Part shown: piece by piece, positions 30,293 to 40,052 of the stretch
Numbering within the stretch: the first letter of the stretch is position 1
Layout: every line of letters begins with the position of its first letter
Source: an uncultured Planctomycetota bacterium
Lineage (GTDB): Bacteria; Planctomycetota; Planctomycetia; Isosphaerales; Isosphaeraceae
Length of the DNA stretch: 64,000 nt
Direction: 5' to 3'
NCBI GenBank assembly: GCA_963845755.1
Contig: CAWJTV010000042.1
Coordinates: 224,001 to 288,000, forward strand
Made by a program: the position numbers and the translations under genes
Notes under the pieces: generated by a model
Told to the model about the DNA's origin: nothing
Databases searched by the model: none
What the model saw: only the letters and a program-made list of their open reading frames with translations

Positions 30293-31359
30293 ATGCAAAG
30301 GCCGCTCATCGACTTGCGATCCGACACGGTCACGAAGCCGACACCCGGGATGCGAAAGGCCATGGCCGAGGCGGAGGTCGGCGACGACGTCTTCGGCGAT
30401 GACCCGACGGTCAAGGCGCTGGAGGAACGGACCGCCGCGCTCCTGGACAAGGAGGCCGCGGTCTTCGTCCCCTCCGGGACGATGGCCAACCAGATCGGCG
30501 TCGGGGTGAATACGCAGCCCGGCGACGAGCTGTTGTGCGGCGCGACCTCGCATGTCTACGTCTGGGAGGCCGGCGGGATCGCCAGGCATTCGGGCGTCAC
30601 GGCACGGACGTTCGAGGGGGATGGTGGGCTCCTGTCGCTCGACGACATTCGCGACGCCATTCGACCCGACGACGCGCATTATGTCCGCACGCGGCTGGTC
30701 TGCCTGGAGAACACGCACAACCGCGGCGGCGGCCGGGTTCACCCGATCGAGAGCATCGCCCAGATCCGGCGCTGGCGCGCGAGCACAACCTGGCCATGCA
30801 TCTGGATGGAGCCCGGCTCATGAACGCGGTCGTGGCGAGCGGCCGGCCCGCGCGGGAGTGGGCGCAGTCGTTCGATACAGTGTCGATCTGCTTCTCCAAG
30901 GGCCTGGGAGCCCCGGTCGGCTCGGCGCTGGCCGGCTCGGGCGAGGCGATCCGGAAAGCCCGGCGGCTGCGGAAACTCTTCGGCGGCGGGATGCGCCAGG
31001 CGGGGATCATCGCCGCCGCGGCCCTCTACGCCTTGGAACATCACGTCGAACGCCTGAAAGATGACCACGCTCACGCCCAGCTCCTGGCCGAGGCATTCGA
31101 GGCCACCGACGGCTTCGCGATGGAATCGGGGCCCGTCGAGACCAACCTGGTCTGGGTCGCCGTCGGTCGTTCCATGGGGACCGCCGCCGAAGTGGCCGCC
31201 TATCTGCGATCCCGAGGCATCCTCGTCAGCGTGCTCGGGCCCCAGGTCCTCCGCGCCTGTACCCACCTCGACGTGACGCGCGAGCAGGTCGAACATGTCG
31301 CGGAGGTGATCCGGCAAATCGAGCCGGCGATGATCTCCGCCATGACGCTCATCTACTGA
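30293..31359 (+). CDS. ltaE: Low-specificity L-threonine aldolase; apparent frameshift near 30775
   Basis: [29 protein letters not shown] and LENTHN; continues in another frame with [21 protein letters not shown] and GGGMRQAG. Confidence 0.92.
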
Positions 31360-31378
31360 CTCGCGAATCGGAGGCATC

Positions 31379-33661
31379 GTGACCATCGGATCCGACTTGC
31401 CGGCCACCGAGGACTCCGTTGCTCGGGGTGCGGGTCTCGCGACCCCGCCCCGGGAAGGCGACTCATTGCGCGCGGGCGTCGAGCTCTTCTTCATCAGCTT
31501 TCTGGTCCTGTTTCTCGAGCTGGCCTGCATCCGCTGGTTCGGCAGCACGGTGATCTTCCTGACCTTCTTCACGAACATCGTCCTGATGGCCTGCTTCCTG
31601 GGCGTTTCCGTGGGCTGCCTGGCGTCCCGTCGGCGCGGGTCCCGGATCAACGCGCTGGTCCCGCTGGTCCTGGTGGCTGCGGGCTCGGCGGTCGGATTCC
31701 TGTGGTTGTACAGCGTATCCAGCCGCTTGATGATCGACGTCGGGTCCCAGCAGTCGCCGCAGCTCATCTACTTTGGCACCGATGCCCGGATCAAGGACCC
31801 ATCGAAGTGGGTCGTGCCGATGGAACTGCTGGCCGCCTACTTCTTCGTGTTGATCGCGCTGATGTTCGTCGGGCTCGGCCAGGAGATGGGACGGCGATTC
31901 GCCGTCATCGAGAATCGGGTGGCCGCCTACTCCGCCGACATCCTCGGGAGCCTGGCGGGCATCGTGGCTTTCGGCCTGCTTTCCCATTTCCGCGTCACCG
32001 CGATGGTGTGGTTCCTGATCGCGATGGCGATCGGCGTGGGCTTCGTGCGGCGTCACCGCTGGCTTCATGTCATCGGCGGACTGGGCGTCCTCGGTCTCGT
32101 CGGCCTGGCCGACTGGCCCCGGGACGCGCGCGGCGTGGAGACCGAGGTCCTCTGGTCCCCATACTACCAGGTCCAGTTCAAGCCGAAGTATCTGTCCATC
32201 GACGTCAACAACCTCGGGCACCAGGGGATGGTGGAGATCGACCGGGCGGGCCCGGCCTACCGTCTACCCTACCTGCTCAACCGCGATGCTGGGGGGAAGC
32301 CGTTCGAGCAGGTCATGATCATCGGAGCGGGTTCCGGGAACGATGTCGCCGCGGCGCTGTCGCAGGGCGTCCGGCATGTCGATGCCGTCGAGATCGATCC
32401 CGTGATCAACGAGCTGGGGCGAATTCACCATCCCAACCGGCCGTTCCGCGACCCGCGCGTCGCGATCCACCTCGACGACGGCCGGAGCTTCGTCCGCAAG
32501 ACGCCCTCGCGCTATGACCTGATCGCCTACGCGCTGGTCAACTCGCTGGCATTGCATTCGAGCTATTCGAGCGTCCGCCTGGAGAGTTTCCTCTTCACCG
32601 AGGATGCCTTCCGCGACGTGAAGGCCAAACTCGAGCCCGGCGGCGTGTTCGCCATGTACAACTTCTACCGGCAGGGCTGGGTCGTGGGGCGGCTGGTGAA
32701 GTTGGTCGAGCGGGTCTTCGGCTCTCGGCCGGTCATCGTGTCGATGCCGTACCAGGACGTGATCTCCCCGAGCAACGATCAGCGCGATTTCATCACGTGC
32801 ATCCTGGTGGGCAACGGCCCGTCGACGGTGGTGGACTCCATCCGTTCGAGGTTCGCGGCTCAGGGACCCTTATGGATCAGTACTCAGGGACGCTTCCATT
32901 CGCGGTCGAACGAGCTCGAATCGATGAATCCGGCTGTCCCCGCCGGCTCACCGGGACACCCGATCAAGATCGGCCCGGCCGTGGTCGAACAGCCGGAATT
33001 CGACTGGAGCCCGACCGACGACTGGCCGTTCCTGTATCTCCGCTCACCGACGATCCCCGCGCTGAGCCTGCGCGGGATCGCGATCATCAGCGTGCTCTCG
33101 CTCTTGATCCTGCTGACGTTCGCGCCCATTCGGCGCGTCCGACCTAACGGCCAGATGTTCTTCCTGGGCGCCGGCTTCATGCTGCTGGAAACCAAGGGGG
33201 TCGTGCACATGGCCCTGCTCTTCGGCGCGACCTGGATGGTCAACTCGATCGTGTTCTTCGCGATCTTGACCATGATCCTCCTGAGCAACCTGTACGTCAT
33301 GGTCGCGAAGCCCCGGCGCCTGTGGTCGTATTATGGACTCCTGATCGTCTCACTGGCGATCAACGGTGCTGTCCCGATGGGCGTCTTCCTGTCGCTGCCA
33401 GGCGCGAGCAAGGTTGTGGCCTCGTGTTTGCTGGTGTATCTGCCCGTGTTCTTCGCGGGGGTGATCTTCGCGACGGCGTTCCGCGACAGCGCGCAGCCCG
33501 ACGTCGATTTCGGCTCCAACATCGGCGGGATCATCCTGGGAGGCCTGAGCGAATACCTCTCGCTGGTCGTCGGGTTCAACCACTTGCTGTGGATCGCCAT
33601 CGGGTTCTACGTGCTCTCGGCGCTGCTGCGTCCCAGGTCCGCAACGGTCGCAGCCGCCTGA
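31379..33661 (+). CDS. Multi-pass membrane protein with a spermidine synthase-like SAM-binding domain
   Basis: N- and C-terminal TM blocks flank IIGAGSGNDV...VDAVEIDP..DDGRSF and PTDDWPFLY. Confidence 0.85.
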   Translation: MTIGSDLPATEDSVARGAGLATPPREGDSLRAGVELFFISFLVLFLELACIRWFGSTVIFLTFFTNIVLMACFLGVSVGCLASRRRGSRINALVPLVLVAAGSAVGFLWLYSVSSRLMIDVGSQQSPQLIYFGTDARIKDPSKWVVPMELLAAYFFVLIALMFVGLGQEMGRRFAVIENRVAAYSADILGSLAGIVAFGLLSHFRVTAMVWFLIAMAIGVGFVRRHRWLHVIGGLGVLGLVGLADWPRDARGVETEVLWSPYYQVQFKPKYLSIDVNNLGHQGMVEIDRAGPAYRLPYLLNRDAGGKPFEQVMIIGAGSGNDVAAALSQGVRHVDAVEIDPVINELGRIHHPNRPFRDPRVAIHLDDGRSFVRKTPSRYDLIAYALVNSLALHSSYSSVRLESFLFTEDAFRDVKAKLEPGGVFAMYNFYRQGWVVGRLVKLVERVFGSRPVIVSMPYQDVISPSNDQRDFITCILVGNGPSTVVDSIRSRFAAQGPLWISTQGRFHSRSNELESMNPAVPAGSPGHPIKIGPAVVEQPEFDWSPTDDWPFLYLRSPTIPALSLRGIAIISVLSLLILLTFAPIRRVRPNGQMFFLGAGFMLLETKGVVHMALLFGATWMVNSIVFFAILTMILLSNLYVMVAKPRRLWSYYGLLIVSLAINGAVPMGVFLSLPGASKVVASCLLVYLPVFFAGVIFATAFRDSAQPDVDFGSNIGGIILGGLSEYLSLVVGFNHLLWIAIGFYVLSALLRPRSATVAAA

Positions 33662-33684
33662 GAAGACTTCGAAGGAATCAGCCG

Positions 33685-34377
33685 ATGGACGTCTCGCATG
33701 TTCCGGCACTGCATCCGTGGGTCCTGGATCTCGCCGAAGCACGCAAGGTGCAAAAGGAGCTCGCCGCGCGGGTCGATACGACCCGTCCGCTGGCTCCCTA
33801 TCAGACCGTTGCGGGAGCCGATGTTTCCTACAATAAATACAGCCCGGTGCTTTATGCCGCGGTGGTCGTACTCCGCGCGGATACGCTGGAGGTAATCGAT
33901 CGCGCGGGAGTCGTGGCCGAAGCCGGGTTTCCCTATGTTCCGGGCTTCTTGAGCTTCCGCGAGGCCCCCGCCGTGATCGAGGCATTCCGGAAGCTCTCGA
34001 TCCCTCCGGATGTGCTCATTTGCGACGGTCAGGGGATCGCCCATCCGCGACGACTCGGGATCGCCTCTCATCTGGGACTCTGGCTCGGAATCCCCACGAT
34101 CGGCTGCGCCAAGTCCCACTTGTTCGGCAAGTATGAGGAACCCGGTCCGGAGCGCGGGGATTGGTCGCCGGTAACCGATGGGGATGACACGATCGGCGCG
34201 GTATTGCGGACGAGACCGCGCGTGAAGCCGCTCTTCGTCTCCCCGGGGCATCTCTGCAATCTCGACGGGTCTATCCGTGCCGTCCTGGCCGCGACGCGGA
34301 AGTATCGGCAGCCTCTCACCACTCAACTGGCCCATCAGTACGTCAACGAGCTGAGACTTCAAGGAGGCTCGCCCTGA
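33685..34377 (+). CDS. nfi: Endonuclease V
   Basis: VAGADVSY, FPYVPGFLSFRE, DGQGIAHPRRLGIASH.G, IGCAKS and FVSPGH motifs. Confidence 0.95.
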   Translation: MDVSHVPALHPWVLDLAEARKVQKELAARVDTTRPLAPYQTVAGADVSYNKYSPVLYAAVVVLRADTLEVIDRAGVVAEAGFPYVPGFLSFREAPAVIEAFRKLSIPPDVLICDGQGIAHPRRLGIASHLGLWLGIPTIGCAKSHLFGKYEEPGPERGDWSPVTDGDDTIGAVLRTRPRVKPLFVSPGHLCNLDGSIRAVLAATRKYRQPLTTQLAHQYVNELRLQGGSP

Positions 34378-34529
34378 CGCGCAAGATCTGATTCTCGCGG
34401 GGCTTGAAAGCCAGCTTGCCGTTCAATCACAATTGGGTTCCCGAGCCGGCCTCTTGGCATCACTTCGATCCAAGACGCCGACTCGTTCCATGTCGAGAGG
34501 TCCGAAAAGCTCTCCCGCCACGGCACTGT

Positions 34530-36269
34530 GGGTGGAAGACGCGGTTCGTTTTTCTGACGAGTTACGCGGCTTCCCCAGTCTTCCTGGCTTTGTAGCTGCG
34601 GAACGGGCTGCTGGGCCGCTCCTTGAGGTGGCGGTCCAGGCGGCCATCTTCGGAAAGGAAGGCCGCACGGAGTTGGAGGATCGCTTCGGCACCGGCCTCG
34701 CTCCAGAACTTCTCCGACCCCTTCACCCGGCGGTTGAATATCTTCACCGTCAACTCCACGTGGCTGGTCGTCCACGGGAGGCCCTCGCGACGATAGCGCG
34801 GATAGTCCATCCGCTCCCGGTTGTCTTCCAGGTAGCCCAGCACCCGCGCGACGATCCTCCGGGGGTCGTCGTCGGCTAGCCTTTCCAGCGGGCACCCGCA
34901 CAAGGCGATCTGGGTATCACACCAGGTGCGAAGCTCCGCGATCACCCGATCGACCCGCCCGTTCCAGCAGGCCTCCGCCCAGGCCTGGAATGACTCCCAG
35001 CGGCCCTCGGTGTCGGCGACCATGACCCGGGCCGCCGTGAAGAGGTGGGCCAGGGCGTGGAGGAAGTTGACGATCGCCACGAAGGTCGGGAAAGAGCGGC
35101 GGTGCAGCCCCCAGATCCAGGCCGAGCCGTCCCCCAAGAACGCCCGGGCGGCGGCCGCGGCGAAGTTCCGCCGTCGGGCCTCGGCGGCGACCATCGGCCC
35201 GAAGCGATCGACCGGGGCGGTCGTGGCCACGTAGGTGCGCACCGATAGCTCCGGCGTACCGCGCGGCTCGGCGGCCTCGGCGACGGCCGGGATCGGCAGC
35301 ACGGCGGGCTCCTGGATCTCGGGGGCCGGCGGGCCCATCGGTCCGGTCCCGCCGATGGCCCCGATGACCTTCTCGACGTAGGCCCGATCGCGGAAACAGG
35401 CGGGCAATTCCGGCTCGGGGTCGCACTCGGAGACGACAGGGGCCATCGTCGCCAGGATCGCGATCTTGTCCTCGTGCCAGGCGGCCTGGTGGGCTCCCGG
35501 CCCCTGGCCCGCGCCGCGGATCTGGAGCCGGCCGCCATCGACCTCGACGACCGCCAGGGCTGGCCGTGTCGCGACGCGCGGCTCGAGCGTGCCGGCCTGG
35601 AAGCGGTCCACCGGCTCATCCCGCTGGGACCGCAACTGCTCGCCGAGTTCGCGGGCGATGCGGTCGAGTTGCCGGCCGCTGATGTCCACCTCGGCCAATT
35701 CGGCGACGGCCTCGGCTGCCTCGCGGAAGGAGGGCTCGCGGGTGGCGGAACGGACGATCTTGCGGACTACCGAGGGGCTGTAGTCATGGGACGTCAGCCG
35801 TAGCGCCGGGCGCCGAGGGAAAAAAATCCCGGCGGCAGGCCGGGCAGTGGCACTGGGGCTCGGCGTAGGTGACCGCGCCGCCCCAGAAGTCGATGGCCCG
35901 CGGCTCGCGCTGTACGGCGCAAGGCCGCTGACACGTCGGGCAGGGTTGCTCGGGCCCCAGCAGCGCGGCCTTCCGCTCCAGCAGATCGGCGATGGTGCCC
36001 CGAGCGACGGCGCGGGCGGCGGTGATGGCCATCTGCTCGATGTCGTCGGCGTCGAGATCCAACTCGGGCCCGACCTCATCGTGGACGCGCCGGGCCACGA
36101 CTTTCCCCCACCCTTCGGCGAGCCGCTCGACGCCGTCTCGATCCATCGATGGTGACTTCTGGAAAGGCATCGGAGGTCCCTCCTTGGACTTCGGGTGATA
36201 GACAATCTGGGAAACTCACCTTGACAGCTTACCAGGGATCGAACGCCGCGCGAACCGCGTCTTCCACCC
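34530..36269 (-). mobile_element. Complete ISKra4-family insertion sequence (1740 bp)
   Basis: Perfect 19-bp terminal IRs gggtggaagacgcggttcg (34530-34548) / cgaaccgcgtcttccaccc (36251-36269); 9-bp direct repeat cggcactgt at 34521-34529 and 36270-36278. Confidence 0.9.
34562..36170 (-). CDS. ISKra4-family DDE transposase in two ORFs joined by a probable -1 frameshift
   Basis: ORF A (36170-35784) has CPTC/CPAC and ends DFFP at T7 (35820-35826). ORF B has VEVDGG, FLGDGSAWIW, MDYPRYRREGLP and RRVKGSEKFWS..GAEAILQLR. Confidence 0.88.
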
Positions 36270-36411
36270 CGGCACTGTCACAGATCGAGATTGGCATTGC
36301 CCACCCTGCCACCTTCGACTAAAGTTCGCCGAGACTCCGGACGAGGGGAACCCGGCGCAGGGAGCGCCAGGACGATGGACCCACGTCCCGACGTGCCAGG
36401 GAAGGAGCGTC

Positions 36412-36846
36412 GTGAGGATCGGCCGGTGGTTCGCTGATGCGCTGCTCGTGGGATCGGTAGCCTCGTGCTGGGGCTGCGGGCTCGTCTCGCGCCACTTCCC
36501 GAAGATGAAAGACCCGGATCCCGTGGTCCGCACCCGCGCGATCGCACAGGACGACCGCCGGCCGAACGTGCAAGTCGTGCCGGCGCTGGTCGGCCGTCTC
36601 GACGACCCGGACCCCGTCGTCCGGCTGGCGGCTCATGAGGAACTGAGGCGCCGGACACGGCGCGATTTCGGATTCGTTCCCTGGGGCAGCCCGGAGGATC
36701 GGGCGGCCGCCGTCAAGCGCTGGCGAGACTGGCTGGCCGGGCCGCCGGTACCCGCCGAGCCCGTCCCGCGAGTGACCTTCCCCTCCTCGCCGGGAAGAGC
36801 GCTCGCCCCATCGCCCGCCGACTCGGGTCGGCCGGAGACTCCTTGA
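36412..36846 (+). CDS. HEAT-repeat protein, probable lipoprotein
   Basis: Hydrophobic leader ending CWGCG; DPDPVVR repeats and LVGRLDDPDPVVRLAAHEEL. Confidence 0.75.
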   Translation: MRIGRWFADALLVGSVASCWGCGLVSRHFPKMKDPDPVVRTRAIAQDDRRPNVQVVPALVGRLDDPDPVVRLAAHEELRRRTRRDFGFVPWGSPEDRAAAVKRWRDWLAGPPVPAEPVPRVTFPSSPGRALAPSPADSGRPETP

Positions 36847-36871
36847 GGCGTGATCGCGGAGGATCCCTTCC

Positions 36872-37798
36872 ATGAGTACGACCTCGGACGTCCTGCCGGC
36901 ACCCCGCCTCCTGAGCCCCGTCGCCTGGGTCGGGAGGGTTGTAATTGCGTGTTTATCCTATGTCGGAGGGGTCGTTCTGCTGGCCTTCTCGGCCGCCGGA
37001 TCGGTATGGAAGCCCGCCCTCGAGGGGACTGAGGCTTCGGCCAGCTTTCGCCGGACCCTGGTGCGACAACTCTCATGGATGCTCGCGTTCGGTATCCCCC
37101 TGGTCGGATTGATTCATATTGCGATGGGCTCATTCCTGTCGCTCCAGGCCTATTACGGCAGCACGTTCGTCGATGGCACCGGAGCGGTCGTCGGCGTGGG
37201 GTTACTCCGCAATCTGGGTGGACTGATGACCGGAATGATCCTCTCGGGCATCCTGGCCGCGCGGATGATCCCCGAGCTGATCGGGCTGGCGCGATCCGTC
37301 GGCGCCGGCCCACCCCCATTTCCGGAGGAGCACAAGCCCCTGGTCGCTCCCGGCCACCTGGCGGCTCCTCGGATCGCGGCGGCGGCGGTCGCCTGCGTCT
37401 TCTTATCCCAATGGGGGATCGCCGTCGGCACCCTGGTGGGCTGGCAGGCCTCCGAATCGATGATGGGCCTCCCGACCGAGACGTTCTTCCTGATGATGGT
37501 CCGGATGGTCTGGTTCCGCGACGTCGTGGGACTGATCGTCAAAGGGCTGCTTTTCGGCACGCTGGCGGCCACCATCTGCTGTTTTGAAGCGTTTCGCGAG
37601 GCGGCACGGACGGTCGAGGCCGGTCCCACCGCCGGCCCGTTTCAAGCCGATGCAGGGGCGCCCCTGGCAACTCCTGTCCTCCGGGCGACGTGCCTGGGCA
37701 TTGTGGCCATCCTGATCGTGAACCTGAGCTGGTTCATCCTGGTTTATCACGCGGTCCCGTTCTACGGGCCGACGCTGCTGAAGCCGCCAGTTTTCTGA
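36872..37798 (+). CDS. MlaE-family ABC transporter permease
   Basis: Multi-TM protein with LLRNLGGLMTGMILSG..AA.M..EL, APRIAA and D...LIVKGLLFG...TICC. Confidence 0.8.
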   Translation: MSTTSDVLPAPRLLSPVAWVGRVVIACLSYVGGVVLLAFSAAGSVWKPALEGTEASASFRRTLVRQLSWMLAFGIPLVGLIHIAMGSFLSLQAYYGSTFVDGTGAVVGVGLLRNLGGLMTGMILSGILAARMIPELIGLARSVGAGPPPFPEEHKPLVAPGHLAAPRIAAAAVACVFLSQWGIAVGTLVGWQASESMMGLPTETFFLMMVRMVWFRDVVGLIVKGLLFGTLAATICCFEAFREAARTVEAGPTAGPFQADAGAPLATPVLRATCLGIVAILIVNLSWFILVYHAVPFYGPTLLKPPVF

Positions 37799-37852
37799 GG
37801 GGTGACGCGGCGGTTGCCTGGAATGGGGATGGACCCCGGGGGAGGAATCGAT

Positions 37853-39138
37853 ATGAGCGCCCGCTCTTCGGCCCGCGAGATTTGGGTTGGCCTGATCGTG
37901 ATCGTCGCCGTGGCCGGGCTGATCGGACTGGTCGGCCTGGCCAGCGACGGGCCCGGATTCCTCGCCCCGCAACGGACGATCGACGTCGTCTTCCGCGACG
38001 CGCAGGGGCTGCGCGTCGGGAGCCCGGTTCGCGTCGCCGGCCTGGATACCGGCAACGTCGTCAACGTCAGCGTCGTGGAGGTGAAAGGGGCGCTGCGAGC
38101 CCTGGTCCGGATCACCTTGCCGTCGAACCTGGTCAAGAAGCTGCGGGAGGATGTGAAGGTTACCATCCAGCCGGCGCTGACCGGGATGAGCCACGTGAAC
38201 GTCGTCTCGACCGGCCAGTCGAACGTGCCGCTGGCGCCGGAAAGCAGCCGGTCATCGGAGTGGAGACCTCGTTCTTCGACCCGATCATCGAACAGGTGGG
38301 CCTCGGCCCGGTCGAACGGAACGATATTCGGCACATCATCGGCGAGGCCCGGCAGACGGTCGATTCGGTCGCACCGCGGATCCGGCAGATCCTCGCGACG
38401 CTCCAGGAGACCTCCTCGAACCTCCACCAGATGAGCGATCAGATCCGGCCGGCCGTCGCCTCGACCGTCGGCCAGATCGAGAAATTCAACGGAGGGCTCA
38501 GCCGGAACGCCCCGAAGATCGAGGCAACGCTGGATCACATCGAGGGCCTGACCGGTCAGGTGCACCTCATCCTGGGCGATAACCGGGAGAACGTCCGGCA
38601 GAGCCTCTCCTCGGTCCGCGACCTGACCGCAACATTCCACGACGTCATCCGCAAGGATGCCCCCAAGGTCGAGCGGCTCCTCGATGGGATCGACACCATG
38701 CGGGCCCGCTCCGAGCGCGTGCTCTACCAGGCTGACCAGATCTCCAGCCAGGTTGGTAACATCCTGGCACGCAGTCGCGCGGAGATCGAACGCTCCGTCA
38801 CAAACGTCCGAGATGCCACCGATTGGGCAGACAAGTTGGTGCAGAAGCTCTACACCAACCCGTTCGTCCTGAGCCCCTTCTACAAGCCGTCGCATGAAGA
38901 CCTCAGGGTGGGGGCGGTCTACGACGCGGCGATGATCTTCACCCACGGAGCCCAGGAGTTGCGCGACGCGATCAAGACGCTCGAGACCTTGTCGGCACGC
39001 CCGACCACCGCTCAACAGCAGCAGGAGGTCCAGCAACTCCAGCAGAGTCTCCGGGTCTTGACCAACCAGTTGAACGAGTCCTCGCAACGGCTGGCCGATT
39101 CCCTGAAACCGAATGTGCGCGAGCGGCGGCAACGCTGA
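37853..39138 (+). CDS. MlaD/MCE-family protein with a long helical C-terminus; apparent frameshift near 38240
   Basis: GGAGG RBS; EIWVGL TM, then F.DAQGLRVGSPVRVAG...G.V (MCE domain); the helical tail is in ORF 37690-39138. Confidence 0.85.
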
Positions 39139-39188
39139 CGCCATGCCCCGGGAGATCAACCGGTTGACCTCATCCTCGGGTCTTTGAT

Positions 39189-39216
39189 TAAACTCGCTCC
39201 AGGTTCCGGCCGATAT
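39189..39216 (+). promoter_or_regulatory. sigma28 (FliA/SigD)-type promoter upstream of flgM
   Basis: TAAA-N16-GCCGATAT, located in front of an anti-sigma28 gene. Confidence 0.7.
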
Positions 39217-39392
39217 CCAGAGTAGTAGACGCCCGATAAGGGCATCATGGCGTGGACGGAGACCGGAGCCGGAGATCCCCTAACGATACTGGGGATCCTC
39301 TTCTCTTGTGGCCTCCGTGGGTACCGAGTCCAACATCACGTGGTTCTGTCGAAGGCGGAGCCGTCGGCCCAAGCACCCGACTGGGAGGCGCA

Positions 39393-39678
39393 ATGGAGAT
39401 TATTCGGCGCAGGGGGAACTTCAGGCCCTCAACCCATTTACCCGCGACTGGCTGCATTCAGCGTGGATGCCGGACAAACGGTGCACGCGGGTGCACCGCG
39501 CGATCACGTCGAAATCTCCCCGCTGGGGCAGATGCTCGACGGGATCAGCCAGTTGCCCGAAATTCGCTACGAGAAGGTTGAGGAGATCCGTCGGCAAATC
39601 GCCGCGGGTTCGTACGAAACGCCCGAGAAGCTCGAGCTGGCCCTGGACCGCCTGCTCGACGAGTTCCGGGCCTGGTAG
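39393..39678 (+). CDS. flgM: Anti-sigma28 factor FlgM; apparent extra base near 39400
   Basis: GGAGG then ATG at 39393; the frame shifts after MEI into FGAGG...; D.VEIS...LPEIR.EKVEEIRRQIAAGSYE is the FlgM signature. Confidence 0.85.
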
Positions 39679-40052
39679 TGACCAGCGGTGGAATGGGTCC
39701 AGAAATCCGGGAAGGCTAGAATCTTCTCGTGCGGACGTGCCTGAGGCCGGCCGGGCAGCCGGCCGAGGGAACGCCTGCGACGCGGGACGACGTCGATAGA
39801 ATGCGGACCGGCCGGCGAGGGAGATCCTTCGGGAGTTCCCTCCGTCGGCTGTTCGGCGTTACGGACGGAAAAAAGCGACCCCCTGGCGAAAATAGTCTTG
39901 GCAATGATGGTGAGATCGCGAAACAATACCCGGAGCTACAACCGCACACCACCCTTCCTGGAATGATGTCTCGCACTCAAGAACCTGGGTGTCCGTTCCC
40001 GGTTCGCCTTGTGGGGCCCCGCGGCGAATCGCACCCTGAGGAGGTCAGCATC

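Noticed and set aside
36221..36250. Outward-facing TTGACA inside the IS forming a hybrid promoter
   Set aside because: No -10-like hexamer at 16-18 nt spacing.
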